Source of the DNA: Candidatus Rokuibacteriota bacterium
Lineage (GTDB): Bacteria > Methylomirabilota > Methylomirabilia > Rokubacteriales > CSP1-6
NCBI GenBank assembly: GCA_044869815.1
Contig: JBIOXS010000097.1
Coordinates: forward strand, 9,969 to 73,968
Direction of reading: 5' to 3'
DNA: 64,000 bases
Part shown: positions 1 through 8,503 of the stretch, one piece after another
How the letters are laid out: the number at the start of each line of letters is the position of its first letter
Position numbering within the stretch: the stretch's first letter is position 1
Translations under genes and position numbers: made by a program
Notes under the pieces: generated by a model
Told to the model about the DNA's origin: nothing
The model's database searches: none
What the model saw: the letters and a program-made list of their open reading frames with translations, nothing else

Positions 1-634
1 GCGCAAAGCCGGCGGCCGCGAGCACGGCGAAGACGGCGAGTGAGCCGGCCGGCACCGGCGCCAGGTTGCCGAGCAGCCAGTGGATGACGCCGCCCAGCCG
101 GTTGAAGTCCACGATCGAGATGACGACGGTGATGGCCGCTGAAAAGAAGATGCCCACGATCACACCGGCCAGCAGAAGCGTCTGGACGGCGAGCCCTCCC
201 GGCGAGGCGGCGATGAGGTAGACGCTCACGGCGGCCAATAGCGCGCCGCCGAAGGCAAAGGCGGCCACGGCGAGCGCGTCGGCCACGCCGGCGCCGAGTC
301 CCAGGATCTGCGCGAGCACGACGCCGAACGCGGCGCCGCTGGTGACCCCGAGGACGGAGGGCTCGGCCAGGGGATTTCGGGTCAGGCCTTGAAAGGCCAC
401 GCCGGCCACCGCCAGCGCGCCGCCGGCGAGCACGGCCACCAGCACGCGCGGCAGTCGCAGGCCGAGCGTCACGATAGCTTCGACCGATTCGCTCTGCGCG
501 CGTCCCGCCAGCGCGCGCGCCACCGCGGCGGGTGACAGCGCCGCGCTGCCCACGAAGAGCGCCGTGACGGCGACGCTCGCGAGCAACGCGGTCAGCGCCG
601 CCAGCGCCCACGCCAGTCGCCGCCGATCCGTCAC
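1..634 (-). CDS. FecCD-family ABC transporter permease (BtuC/FhuB-like), C-terminus runs off the window
   Basis: Not in the ORF track because no stop lies inside the window. Reverse-strand translation from GTG 634 gives VTDRRRLAWALAALTALLASVAVTALFVGSAALSP...LRLPRVLVAVLAGGALAVAGVAFQGLTRNPLAEPSVLGVTSGAAFG..., the typical N-terminal half of a FecCD permease. GTGA overlap with the stop of the upstream binding-protein gene. Confidence 0.85.
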   Translation of the reverse strand, partial: MTDRRRLAWALAALTALLASVAVTALFVGSAALSPAAVARALAGRAQSESVEAIVTLGLRLPRVLVAVLAGGALAVAGVAFQGLTRNPLAEPSVLGVTSGAAFGVVLAQILGLGAGVADALAVAAFAFGGALLAAVSVYLIAASPGGLAVQTLLLAGVIVGIFFSAAITVVISIVDFNRLGGVIHWLLGNLAPVPAGSLAVFAVLAAAGFA

Positions 635-1512
635 CGAAACGCCTCGGGATGGATGATGCGCGCGAGGAGCTCGAGCCCCTCGGCGACGCGCGGACCGTAG
701 CGGTGGAGGATGGAGAGATCGATCGAATGCAGTCGTCCTGCCCTGATGGCCGGCACGCTCGTGAGCCGCTGCCACTTCTCGGGGGACTGGCGACCGGCCG
801 CCGTTCCGCCCGCGGAATGGTCGGCGAGCACGATGACCTCCGGCGCCCGCGCCACCGCCGCCTCGAGACTGAAGCGGACGTAGCTGTCGCCCTCGGCGGC
901 CGTGATCGAGCGGCCGCCCGCGAGCTCGATCAGCTCGGTGAGATGCGAGGTGCGGCCCGGCACGATGAGCGGCTCCGGCCACAGGACGTACAGCACGCGC
1001 GGGGACGGCAGCGGCGCCACGCGGGCGCGAACGGCCTCGATGCGCCGCCGGATCGAGGCCACCACCGGCACCGCCGCGTCGCCGCGCTCGACCAGCGCGG
1101 CCACCCGCGTCAGCATGTCGAGCGTCTGCTCCACGCGGTGGGCGTGCACGAGATACGTCGGGATGCCCAGCCGGCGGAGCTGGACGAACGTCTCCTCGCG
1201 ATTGCCTTCGTCGGTCGCGATGACGAGATCGGGCTTCAGCGCCACGATCATCTCGATGCTGGGATTGACCATGCCGCCGACGCTCGGCTTCTCCTTCGCC
1301 GCCGGCGGGTAGTCGCACCAGTCCGTCCGCCCGACCAGGCGTGCCTGGCCGCCGAGGACATAGACCGACTCGGTCACGCTCGGCACCAGCGATACGATGC
1401 GCGTGGGCGGCGCGTCGAGCGCGACGTCGCGGGCGAGCATGTCGCGGACGACGAGGGCGGTCGCGGGCCGCGCCAGCGCCAGAACGACGAGCAACGCGAG
1501 GCCGAGCTTCAC
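631..1512 (-). CDS. Periplasmic cobalamin/siderophore-type substrate-binding protein (BtuF/FhuD-like)
   Basis: C-terminal 293 aa of ORF 631..1698; the Arg-rich N-terminal part is discarded. GTG 1512 gives the signal peptide VKLGLALLVVLALARPATA. RIVSLVPSVTESVYVLGG...GRTDWCDYP...PSIEMIVALKPDLVIA fits class III binding proteins. GTGA overlap with the cobQ stop. Confidence 0.85.
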   Translation of the reverse strand: MKLGLALLVVLALARPATALVVRDMLARDVALDAPPTRIVSLVPSVTESVYVLGGQARLVGRTDWCDYPPAAKEKPSVGGMVNPSIEMIVALKPDLVIATDEGNREETFVQLRRLGIPTYLVHAHRVEQTLDMLTRVAALVERGDAAVPVVASIRRRIEAVRARVAPLPSPRVLYVLWPEPLIVPGRTSHLTELIELAGGRSITAAEGDSYVRFSLEAAVARAPEVIVLADHSAGGTAAGRQSPEKWQRLTSVPAIRAGRLHSIDLSILHRYGPRVAEGLELLARIIHPEAFR

Positions 1513-3029
1513 GAGGCCGCCAGCGCCGGCGGACGCCCGGCCAGACGCGCGATCGCGTCGAGGTCGAGGGCGGCCCCGACCAGGTCGGCGAGCCTGTCGT
1601 ATCGATCCGCGCCGCCGCTCGTTCCCCACCGCGGATCGACGGCGACGCCGCGATGCCGCGCGGCCTCCACGAGCAGCGCGCGGCGCAGCGGCGCGCACGT
1701 CAGCAGGCCGTGAACGTAGGTGCCGAACACGCTGCCGGCGACGGCGCCGTCCGACGCGTCGACGGGCGCGCCGCCCCGCTCGACGATCGTCAGCGCTGCT
1801 CGTGCGGCGCGCGTGACGCTCACCCCCGCGTGGATTTCGTAGCCGTGGACGTCGGCTCCCGCGGCGGCGGCGAACGGACCGTGGCCCAGCACGCGCGCGC
1901 GCACGCGCGCCGTCGCTTTCGGCGACGCGAACGTGGTGGAGATCGGCAGGAGGGCGAGCCCAGGAGCCTCGCCCCCCGTCTCGACGCCGTGCGGGTCGGC
2001 GAGACGTTCACCGAGCATCTGGAATCCCCCGCAGAGGCCGAGCACGATGCGCCCGTCGCGGGCGGCGCGCTCGAGTGCCGGCGCCAATCCGCGCGCGCGC
2101 AGCCACGCCAGATCGGCGATCGTGCTCTTGCTGCCGGGCACGAGCACGATGTCGGCGGCGTCGATCTCGGAGGCACGGGTGACGAAGCGCACGGCCACGC
2201 CGGGCTCGCCGGCCAGCGGCTCCACGTCGTCGAAGTTCGCGATGCGCGGCAGCCGTACCACGGCGGCGACGACGCGTGCGTCGGCGACGTCGCCGCTGGG
2301 GACCTCGAGCGCGAGCGAGTCCTCCTCGGGCACGAGACCGGCACCGAGGTGCGGGACGACGCCCAGCACGGGGACGCCCGTGCGCTCGGCAAGCCGCGCG
2401 AGCCCCGGCTCGAGGACCGCACGGTCGCCGCGAAAACGGTTCACGATCAGTCCGGCCACGCGCGCGCGGTCGTCGGGGGCGAGCAGGGCGAGCGTCCCCA
2501 GCAGGGCCGCGAAGACGCCGCCGCGGTCGATGTCGCCGACGAGCACCACCGGCGCCTCCGCCAGCGCCGCCACGCGCATGTTCACCAGGTCCCAGCCGAT
2601 GTTGATCTCGGCGGGACTGCCGGCGCCCTCGATGAGCACGAGGTCGTGCTCCTGGCGCAGCCGCCCGAGGCTCTCGGCGACGATGGGCCAGAGCGTGGGC
2701 ACCATGCCCCCGTACTCCGCCCACCGCACGCTGGCCACGGCGCGGCCGCGAACGACGACCTGCGACCGGTCATCCGCCTCCGGCTTCAACAGGATCGGGT
2801 TCATGTCGACCGTGGCCTCCACACCGGCCGCTTCCGCCTGCGCGGCCTGCGCGCGGCCGATCTCCCCGCCGGCGACGGTCACCGCGGCGTTGAGCGACAT
2901 GTTCTGCGACTTGAAGGGCGCCACGCGATACCCGGCGCGCAGGAAGATCCGACAGAGCGCCGTCGTGAGCAGGCTCTTGCCGACGCCCGATGCGGTGCCC
3001 TGCACCATCAGGCACGCGGCGAGGCTCAT
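1509..3029 (-). CDS. cobQ: Cobyric acid synthase
   Basis: ORF 1509..3059. Motifs: MVQGTASGVGKSLLTTALCRIF, PFKSQNMSLNA, and glutamine amidotransferase GLCGGFQMLG and HGYEIH. Start set at ATG 3029; GTG 3059 is also possible. Confidence 0.93.
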   Translation of the reverse strand: MSLAACLMVQGTASGVGKSLLTTALCRIFLRAGYRVAPFKSQNMSLNAAVTVAGGEIGRAQAAQAEAAGVEATVDMNPILLKPEADDRSQVVVRGRAVASVRWAEYGGMVPTLWPIVAESLGRLRQEHDLVLIEGAGSPAEINIGWDLVNMRVAALAEAPVVLVGDIDRGGVFAALLGTLALLAPDDRARVAGLIVNRFRGDRAVLEPGLARLAERTGVPVLGVVPHLGAGLVPEEDSLALEVPSGDVADARVVAAVVRLPRIANFDDVEPLAGEPGVAVRFVTRASEIDAADIVLVPGSKSTIADLAWLRARGLAPALERAARDGRIVLGLCGGFQMLGERLADPHGVETGGEAPGLALLPISTTFASPKATARVRARVLGHGPFAAAAGADVHGYEIHAGVSVTRAARAALTIVERGGAPVDASDGAVAGSVFGTYVHGLLTCAPLRRALLVEAARHRGVAVDPRWGTSGGADRYDRLADLVGAALDLDAIARLAGRPPALAAS

Positions 3030-3111
3030 CGCCGCCGCTCCGCGCAGGCCCCGAGCCACTTGGCGATCTGCGCCGTCGAGCCATGGTCGCTCACGCCGTC
3101 GAGCGCGCGGA

Positions 3112-4164
3112 TCACGCGGGTCCGTCCACGCCGGCCGACTTGAACGTGGCCATGTCGGTGTAGACGCGCGCGGCCGCGCGCGCGACGTGCACGAAGAGGA
3201 CGGCGCCGGTCCCCTCGCCGAGTCGCAGTCCGAGGTCGAGGTATGGAGTGAGGCCGAGGTGGCGCAAGGCCACGTCGTGGCCGGGCTCGGCCGATCGATG
3301 CGCGGCGAGCATGGCGTGCACGGCGTCTGGGCACAGCGCGGCGGCGACGAGCGCGGCCGCGGCGGCGATGAAGCCGTCGAGGGCGACCGGCACCTTTCTC
3401 GCGGCGCCCGCCAGGACCACGCCCACCAGGCCCGCGATCTCGAAGCCGCCCACCGTGGCGAGCACGTCGAGCCCGTCGCGCCGGTCGGGGCGGTTCACGG
3501 CGAGCGCACGCTCGACGACCTCGATCTTTCGGCGCCAGCCGCCGTCGTCGAGTCCGGTGCCCCGGCCCGTCACGTCCACCGGCGGGCGTCCGGTGATGGC
3601 GGAGGTGATGGCGCTGGCCGCGGTCGTGTTGCCGATCCCCATCTCGCCGGTGATCACGAAGTCGGCGCCCTCGTCGATGGCCGCCTCCGCCAGGCGCGCA
3701 CCCGCTTCGATGCCGCGCTCGGCCTGTGCCCGCGTCATGGCCGGACGGCGCGCGATGTTCGCGGTGCCGCGGCCGAGCGCGCAACGCACGAGCCCGGCAG
3801 CGCTGTCGATGGGGCTCGCCACGCCGAAGTCGGCGACGACGAGCCGCGCGCCTGCCTGCCGGGCGAGCACGTTCACGGCGGCGCCGCCGCGCAGGAAGTT
3901 CTCGACCATCTGCGCGGTGACCGACGCGGGATACGCGCTCACCCCCTCCTCGACCACGCCGTGGTCGGCCGCGAGCGTGAGCACGACCGGCCGCTCCACC
4001 CGCGGCGGCGCACCGCGCAATGCGACGAGCCGGGCCGCCAGCTCCTCCAGGCGTCCGAGACTGCCCGGCGGCTTGGTGAGCGTGTCGAGGTGCCGCCGAG
4101 CCGCGGCCGCCGCGCCTGCGGTCGGCGGCGTGATCGCCGCGCAGAGTCGCGAGAGCGTCGTCAT
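3112..4164 (-). CDS. cobT: Nicotinate-nucleotide--dimethylbenzimidazole phosphoribosyltransferase
   Basis: Residues 103-452 of ORF 3112..4470, from MTTLSRLCAAI. Motifs: KPPGSLGRLEEL, AADHGVVEEGVSAYP, GEMGIGNTTAASAI. ATGA overlap with the cobU stop. Confidence 0.93.
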   Translation of the reverse strand: MTTLSRLCAAITPPTAGAAAAARRHLDTLTKPPGSLGRLEELAARLVALRGAPPRVERPVVLTLAADHGVVEEGVSAYPASVTAQMVENFLRGGAAVNVLARQAGARLVVADFGVASPIDSAAGLVRCALGRGTANIARRPAMTRAQAERGIEAGARLAEAAIDEGADFVITGEMGIGNTTAASAITSAITGRPPVDVTGRGTGLDDGGWRRKIEVVERALAVNRPDRRDGLDVLATVGGFEIAGLVGVVLAGAARKVPVALDGFIAAAAALVAAALCPDAVHAMLAAHRSAEPGHDVALRHLGLTPYLDLGLRLGEGTGAVLFVHVARAAARVYTDMATFKSAGVDGPA

Positions 4165-4685
4165 CGCGGCCCCTTCACGCCGAGCGGCACGCCGGCGACC
4201 ATGAGGACGACGCGGTCGGCGGCGGCCGCCACGCGCTGATTCACCGTGCCGAGCAGATCGCGGAACCGGCGTCCCTCGGCGGTGGGCGGATGCACGCCTT
4301 CGCCCACCTCGTTGGAGACGAGCGTGACATCGACCTCGCGCAGCGACAGCAGCGCGGCGAGATCCTCGCCCTGCTTGACGATCCACTCGTCGGCGTCGCC
4401 GCGGAGCATCAGGTTCGAGACCCAGAGCGTCAGGCAGTCGACGACCACGGCGTCGGCCTCCGCGCAGCACGCGCGCAGGCGGGACACGAGATCATACGGC
4501 TCCTCGACGGTGCGCCAGTGCGCGGGACGCTCGGCGCGATGGCGGGCGATGCGCGCGGCCATGTCGGCGTCGCGCGCCTGAGCGGTGGCCAGGAAACTGA
4601 CCCGCGCGGCGTCGCGCCGAGAATCGATGGCAAAGCGGCTCTTGCCGCTACGCGCTCCGCCGAGGACGAACAGCGATGAGGCCAA
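4161..4685 (-). CDS. cobU: Adenosylcobinamide kinase / adenosylcobinamide-phosphate guanylyltransferase
   Basis: ORF 4161..4733. P-loop VLGGARSGKS and VVDCLTLWVSN. The GTG at 4733 lies inside the riboswitch P1 region. I therefore favour TTG 4685 (MASSLFVLGGARSGKS), which follows a GGGGGA Shine-Dalgarno. The start remains uncertain. Confidence 0.88.
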   Translation of the reverse strand: MASSLFVLGGARSGKSRFAIDSRRDAARVSFLATAQARDADMAARIARHRAERPAHWRTVEEPYDLVSRLRACCAEADAVVVDCLTLWVSNLMLRGDADEWIVKQGEDLAALLSLREVDVTLVSNEVGEGVHPPTAEGRRFRDLLGTVNQRVAAAADRVVLMVAGVPLGVKGPR

Positions 4686-4724
4686 GGCAATCCCCCGGGT
4701 CCTCCCGCGAGGACCGGTGTCGAG

Positions 4725-4900
4725 AAGTAGCACCCGGGCAGGTCTCCTGGCTTTCGGATCGTCCTACTCCCCGCGCCTTCCCGGCCTCGCGGCCAGTGGC
4801 CATCGCGGGTTTCGTCCCCGATTACAGTGACGGGGTCGCGGCGGATTCGCACCGCCTTCCCTGGGGGGCCCTCCTGGGGGCACCCGGGCGCGAACAACGG
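4725..4900 (-). promoter_or_regulatory. Cobalamin riboswitch (B12 element) with SD-sequestering expression platform
   Basis: The minus strand reads ...GGGAAGGCGGTGCGAATCCGCC...ACTGTAA...GCCACTGGCC...GGGAAGGCGCGG...AAAGCCAGGAGACCTGCCCGGG. B12 box AGCCAGGAGACC is the complement of 4741-4752. Palindromic CCCGGG at 4883-4888 and 4733-4738 can close P1. Downstream hairpin GGTCCTC-GCGG-GAGGACC (4698-4715) buries the GGGAGGA Shine-Dalgarno. A TATATA box lies at 4949-4954. Confidence 0.9.
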
Positions 4901-4967
4901 CGAGACGATAACAGGCGCGGCAGGCCACCGCAAGGCGCGGAACCCGCCTATATAAAGGATGCGCCGG

Positions 4968-5750
4968 TCAGGCCTTCCTGTCCTTGTCCGCGTAGCTCAC
5001 GGCGAGCCCGGCGGAGGCGTCGGCCTGGATCCCGTAGGGTGGAATCGGATAGCGCAGACCGTTACGATTGAGGGCGGCCAGACCGTCGATCACCTTGGGC
5101 AGAAAGCGCGGCGGGATGGCCATCAGTAGCTCGTCGTCGGCCACGCCGCCGTAACGCCGTTCCGCATAGCACGGCATGGTCAGCGCCGGCTCTCCGTTCT
5201 TCAGCGCCTTGCCCCACGAGTCCGCGCAGGCCGACTCGCCGACGGAGGTGAAGGACAGCTTCTTGTAGCCGGTCCACTGCAGTCCGTTCACGAAGAAGAT
5301 CATCTGACCAGGCGTGCCGTAGATCAGGCAGATGTCCGGCGGATCGAGCCGGCCCGAGGTGAGCGGAGAGACCGCCATCGCGCGGTATCGGCCGTACGGC
5401 ACGCAGTCCATCGCGTGCTGGTGCGCGCTCGCGTCGTCCCTGGTCTCGAACCACACGCCCGCCATCCGGTTGCCGGACAGCCATTCGTCGTCCTGGGGAT
5501 GGAGGCCGATGACGGCGCCGCACTGGGCGCCCACGAGGTCGCTCATCGTGATGCCGACGGTCCAGCCGAGCTGGCGCGCCTGCGCGACGATCTGGTCGGT
5601 CGTATGCCGGGACTTCGGCCGGCGAATCCTGGGAATGGCCTCCATCTCCTCGACCGTCTCGAAGAGCTTCATGCCGATCGGAATGGATCGCAGTCGCAAA
5701 TACTGATTGAGGCCGCTCACGATCGCCTCGAAGTCGTACTTCTCGCTCAT
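4968..5750 (-). CDS. DUF169-family protein (uncharacterised ArCR, COG2043-like)
   Basis: ORF 4968..5750, 260 aa, non-repetitive composition. The family call rests on my recollection of DUF169 sequence character (..GITMSDLVGAQCG.., ..ICLIYGTPGQM.., ..SVGESACADSW..). ATGA overlap with the hslR stop. Confidence 0.65.
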   Translation of the reverse strand: MSEKYDFEAIVSGLNQYLRLRSIPIGMKLFETVEEMEAIPRIRRPKSRHTTDQIVAQARQLGWTVGITMSDLVGAQCGAVIGLHPQDDEWLSGNRMAGVWFETRDDASAHQHAMDCVPYGRYRAMAVSPLTSGRLDPPDICLIYGTPGQMIFFVNGLQWTGYKKLSFTSVGESACADSWGKALKNGEPALTMPCYAERRYGGVADDELLMAIPPRFLPKVIDGLAALNRNGLRYPIPPYGIQADASAGLAVSYADKDRKA

Positions 5751-6127
5751 CGGAAGCCTCGCAGTCTGTCGAGCGTGCGCCGCTCACGCTTCGTCGGCCG
5801 CCCCGCACCGGCCGGCCGGTACGGCGGTGGCGCATATCGCATCCGCGGTGGCGGCGGCGGCGAATGATCCTCGAACAGCTTTGCCGCCACCTGTGCCGAC
5901 CCGCGCCGATCGTCGATCCCGACCACCTTCAAGATCCGTCGACGTCCCTCCGCCAACGTCACCTTGATCGAATCCCCCACCCTCACCAATCTCGCCGGCT
6001 TCGCCGCCTGCCCATTGACATCGACCTTCCCACCGTCACACGCCTCCGTGGCCAGCGACCGCGTCTTGAACGCCCGCGCCGCCCACAGCCACTTGTCGAC
6101 GCGAACGGATTGCACCTCGTCATCCAC
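5747..6127 (-). CDS. hslR: S4-domain RNA-binding heat-shock protein Hsp15
   Basis: C-terminal 126 aa of ORF 5747..6595, from GTG 6127. VRVDKWLWAARAFKTRSLATEACDGGKVDVNGQAAKPARLVRVGDSIKV is a canonical S4/Hsp15 core, followed by a basic tail. Confidence 0.8.
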   Translation of the reverse strand: MDDEVQSVRVDKWLWAARAFKTRSLATEACDGGKVDVNGQAAKPARLVRVGDSIKVTLAEGRRRILKVVGIDDRRGSAQVAAKLFEDHSPPPPPRMRYAPPPYRPAGAGRPTKRERRTLDRLRGFR

Positions 6128-6275
6128 GCATCGAACGGTATCATGGCCCCCGTTCTTGCCGCGTTCCGAGCGCGGGCTTTGCCCGCGCAATCCTAGGGGG
6201 GAGGCAGGGAGGAGCACGCCGACGGCGTGCGACGACCGTCGGAAGGGGGACGAAGTCCTCCTCCGAGGTGAACTT

Positions 6276-7826
6276 ATGTGGGAAGACGACGTCGAAGAGC
6301 TGAAGCGTCGGGTGGAGCTGGCGCGCGCGATGGGCGGCGCGGACAACGTCGAGCGCCAGCACAAGGCCGGCCGCCTCACCGTGCGCGAGCGCATCGACCG
6401 ACTGCTCGACAACGGGTCGTTCCACGAGACCGGTGCGCTCGCGGGCTCGGCGCAGTACGAGGGCGAGCGCCTCGTCGCCATACGCCCGGCGAACTTCGTC
6501 ATGGGCACCGGCCGGATCGACGGGCGCCGCGTGGTCGTCGGCGGCGACGACTTCACGGTACGCGGCGGCGCCAACGATGCCTCGATCGGCGGCAAGCAGG
6601 GCTACAGCGAGCGCATGGCGCGCGAGCTGCGTCTGCCGGTCGTCCGGCTCGTCGACGGTACCGGAGGCGGCGGCAGCGTGAAGACCTACGAAATCACGGG
6701 TCGCACGTACGTGCCGGGGAACCCGGCCTGGGACATCGTGGCGGCGGCGATGTCGGAGATTCCGGTGGTGGCGGCGGCGCTGGGCCCGGTGGCCGGCCTG
6801 GGCGCGGCGCGCGTGGCGTGCTCGCACTTCTCGGTGATGGTGCGCGGCCTGTCGCAGGTCTTCGTGGCCGGCCCACCGGTGGTGGAGCGCGCGTTCGGCA
6901 CGCCGGTCGACAAGGAGTCCCTCGGCGGCTCCGAAATCCAGGCCAAGGCGGGCGGCGTCGACAACGTGGTGGACTCCGAGGACGAGGCGTTCGAGCAGAT
7001 CCGCCGTTTCCTGTCCTACCTCCCGCGCAACGTGTGGGAAGCGCCGCCGCGCGCCACGGCGGAGGACGATCCGCGCCGGCGCGACGAGGCCCTCCTGTCG
7101 CTCATCCCGCGGAACCGGCGGCGCGGCTATGACGTTCGCAAGCTGGTGGGGCACGTCGTCGACCGCGCCTCGTTCTTCGAGATGGGCCCGCAGTACGGCC
7201 CGTCGCTGATCGTCGGGCTCGCGCGCCTCGATGGCTATCCGATCGGCGTGGTCGCCAACGACCCCGCGCACGCGGGCGGCGCGCTGACGGCGGCCGGGTC
7301 CGAGAAGCTGACGCGGTTCGTCGACCTGTGCGATACCTTCCATCTGCCCGTCGTCAACTTCGTCGACAATCCGGGCTTCCTCATCGGGACGCAGGCGGAG
7401 CGGGACGGCACCATTCGCAAGGGCGTGCGCGCGCTGCAGGCGATCTACCAGGCCACCGTGCCGTGGATCACCGTCATCGTGCGGCGGGTGTTCGGCGTGG
7501 CCGGCGCCGGCCACGCCAACGTGCAGGCGCTGAATCTGCGGTACGCGTGGCCGTCGGCCGACTGGGGCTCGTTGCCGCTCGAGGGTGGCATCGAGGCGGC
7601 CTACAAGCGCGAGCTCCAGGCGTCCGCCGATCCGGCCACGCTGAAGAAGGAGATCGAGGCTCGGCTCAACGTCTTCCGCAGCCCCTTCCGCACGGCGGAG
7701 GCCTTCAGCATCGAGGAGATCATCGACCCGCGCGACACGCGGCCGCTGCTGACCGATTGGATCTCGCTCGCCTACGACAACGAAGCCACCCGCCTCGGTC
7801 CGAAAACCCGCGGCATGCGTCCATGA
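6276..7826 (+). CDS. Acyl-CoA carboxylase carboxyltransferase (beta) subunit, propionyl-/methylmalonyl-CoA type
   Basis: Residues 105-620 of ORF 5964..7826, from MWEDDVEELKRR. Motifs: KAGRLTVRERIDRLLD, GGDDFTVRGGA, VANDPAHAGGALT, FVDNPGF. Confidence 0.9.
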   Translation: MWEDDVEELKRRVELARAMGGADNVERQHKAGRLTVRERIDRLLDNGSFHETGALAGSAQYEGERLVAIRPANFVMGTGRIDGRRVVVGGDDFTVRGGANDASIGGKQGYSERMARELRLPVVRLVDGTGGGGSVKTYEITGRTYVPGNPAWDIVAAAMSEIPVVAAALGPVAGLGAARVACSHFSVMVRGLSQVFVAGPPVVERAFGTPVDKESLGGSEIQAKAGGVDNVVDSEDEAFEQIRRFLSYLPRNVWEAPPRATAEDDPRRRDEALLSLIPRNRRRGYDVRKLVGHVVDRASFFEMGPQYGPSLIVGLARLDGYPIGVVANDPAHAGGALTAAGSEKLTRFVDLCDTFHLPVVNFVDNPGFLIGTQAERDGTIRKGVRALQAIYQATVPWITVIVRRVFGVAGAGHANVQALNLRYAWPSADWGSLPLEGGIEAAYKRELQASADPATLKKEIEARLNVFRSPFRTAEAFSIEEIIDPRDTRPLLTDWISLAYDNEATRLGPKTRGMRP

Positions 7827-8503
7827 GAAGTGTCATGCGTCATCGCGTCGTGCGCGTCGCCGCGGCCCTCTTCGTCGCCACCGCCGCCTGGGCCGCCGAC
7901 GACTTTCTGGTCGAGGACTGGAAGCAAAAGCTCGGCGCCACCGGCATCCCGCCGGGATGGCAGGGGCAGAACTGGGGGAGCCCGAGGTACGACTTCAAGG
8001 TGGAGGAGAGCGACGGCCACGCGGCCGTGCACATGAAGAGCGCCAACGACGGCTCCACGATCAGTCGCGAGATCAAGGGCAAGGTCGATCTGAAACAAAC
8101 ACCCATCCTCGAGTGGACGTGGAAGGTCGTGGCGCTCCCGAAGAACGGCAACTCGTGCAGGAAGGCGACGGACGACCAGGCGGCGCAGCTGTTCGTCGTC
8201 TGGCCCCGGTTTCCGGAGCCCGTCCGCTCGCGCATCATCGGCTACGTCTGGGACACCACGCAGCCCGTCGGCACCGTCTGCAAGAGCGAAAAGACGGGCA
8301 CCGTGACCTATATCGTCGTCCGGTCGGGCAGCGGCGACCTGAGCAAGTGGCTGACCGAGCGCCGGAACGTCGTCGAGGACTTCACCAAGGTCTACGGCGA
8401 GGCGCCGGACAATCCGGCCGGCGTCTCGATCTCCATCGATTCGAACGACACGGACTCCACCTCCGAATCGCTCATGGCCACGATCACCTTCACACGGAAA
8501 TAA
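7823..8503 (+). CDS. Secreted DUF3047-family protein
   Basis: Residues 166-391 of ORF 7328..8503. Signal peptide MRSVMRHRVVRVAAALFVATAAWAADD. The body (..ILEWTWKV..DDQAAQLFVVW..IGYVWDT..) matches my memory of DUF3047. ATGA overlap with the carboxyltransferase stop. Confidence 0.7.
   Translation: MRSVMRHRVVRVAAALFVATAAWAADDFLVEDWKQKLGATGIPPGWQGQNWGSPRYDFKVEESDGHAAVHMKSANDGSTISREIKGKVDLKQTPILEWTWKVVALPKNGNSCRKATDDQAAQLFVVWPRFPEPVRSRIIGYVWDTTQPVGTVCKSEKTGTVTYIVVRSGSGDLSKWLTERRNVVEDFTKVYGEAPDNPAGVSISIDSNDTDSTSESLMATITFTRK

Noticed and set aside
1341-4239. Very long plus-strand ORFs (600 aa at 1341..3143 and 768 aa at 1933..4239) across the cob operon
   Set aside because: They run antisense to cobQ/cobT, whose products carry unmistakable family motifs. 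Their translations are Arg/Ala/Pro/Gly-rich low-complexity strings, typical of stop-poor shadow frames in high-GC DNA.
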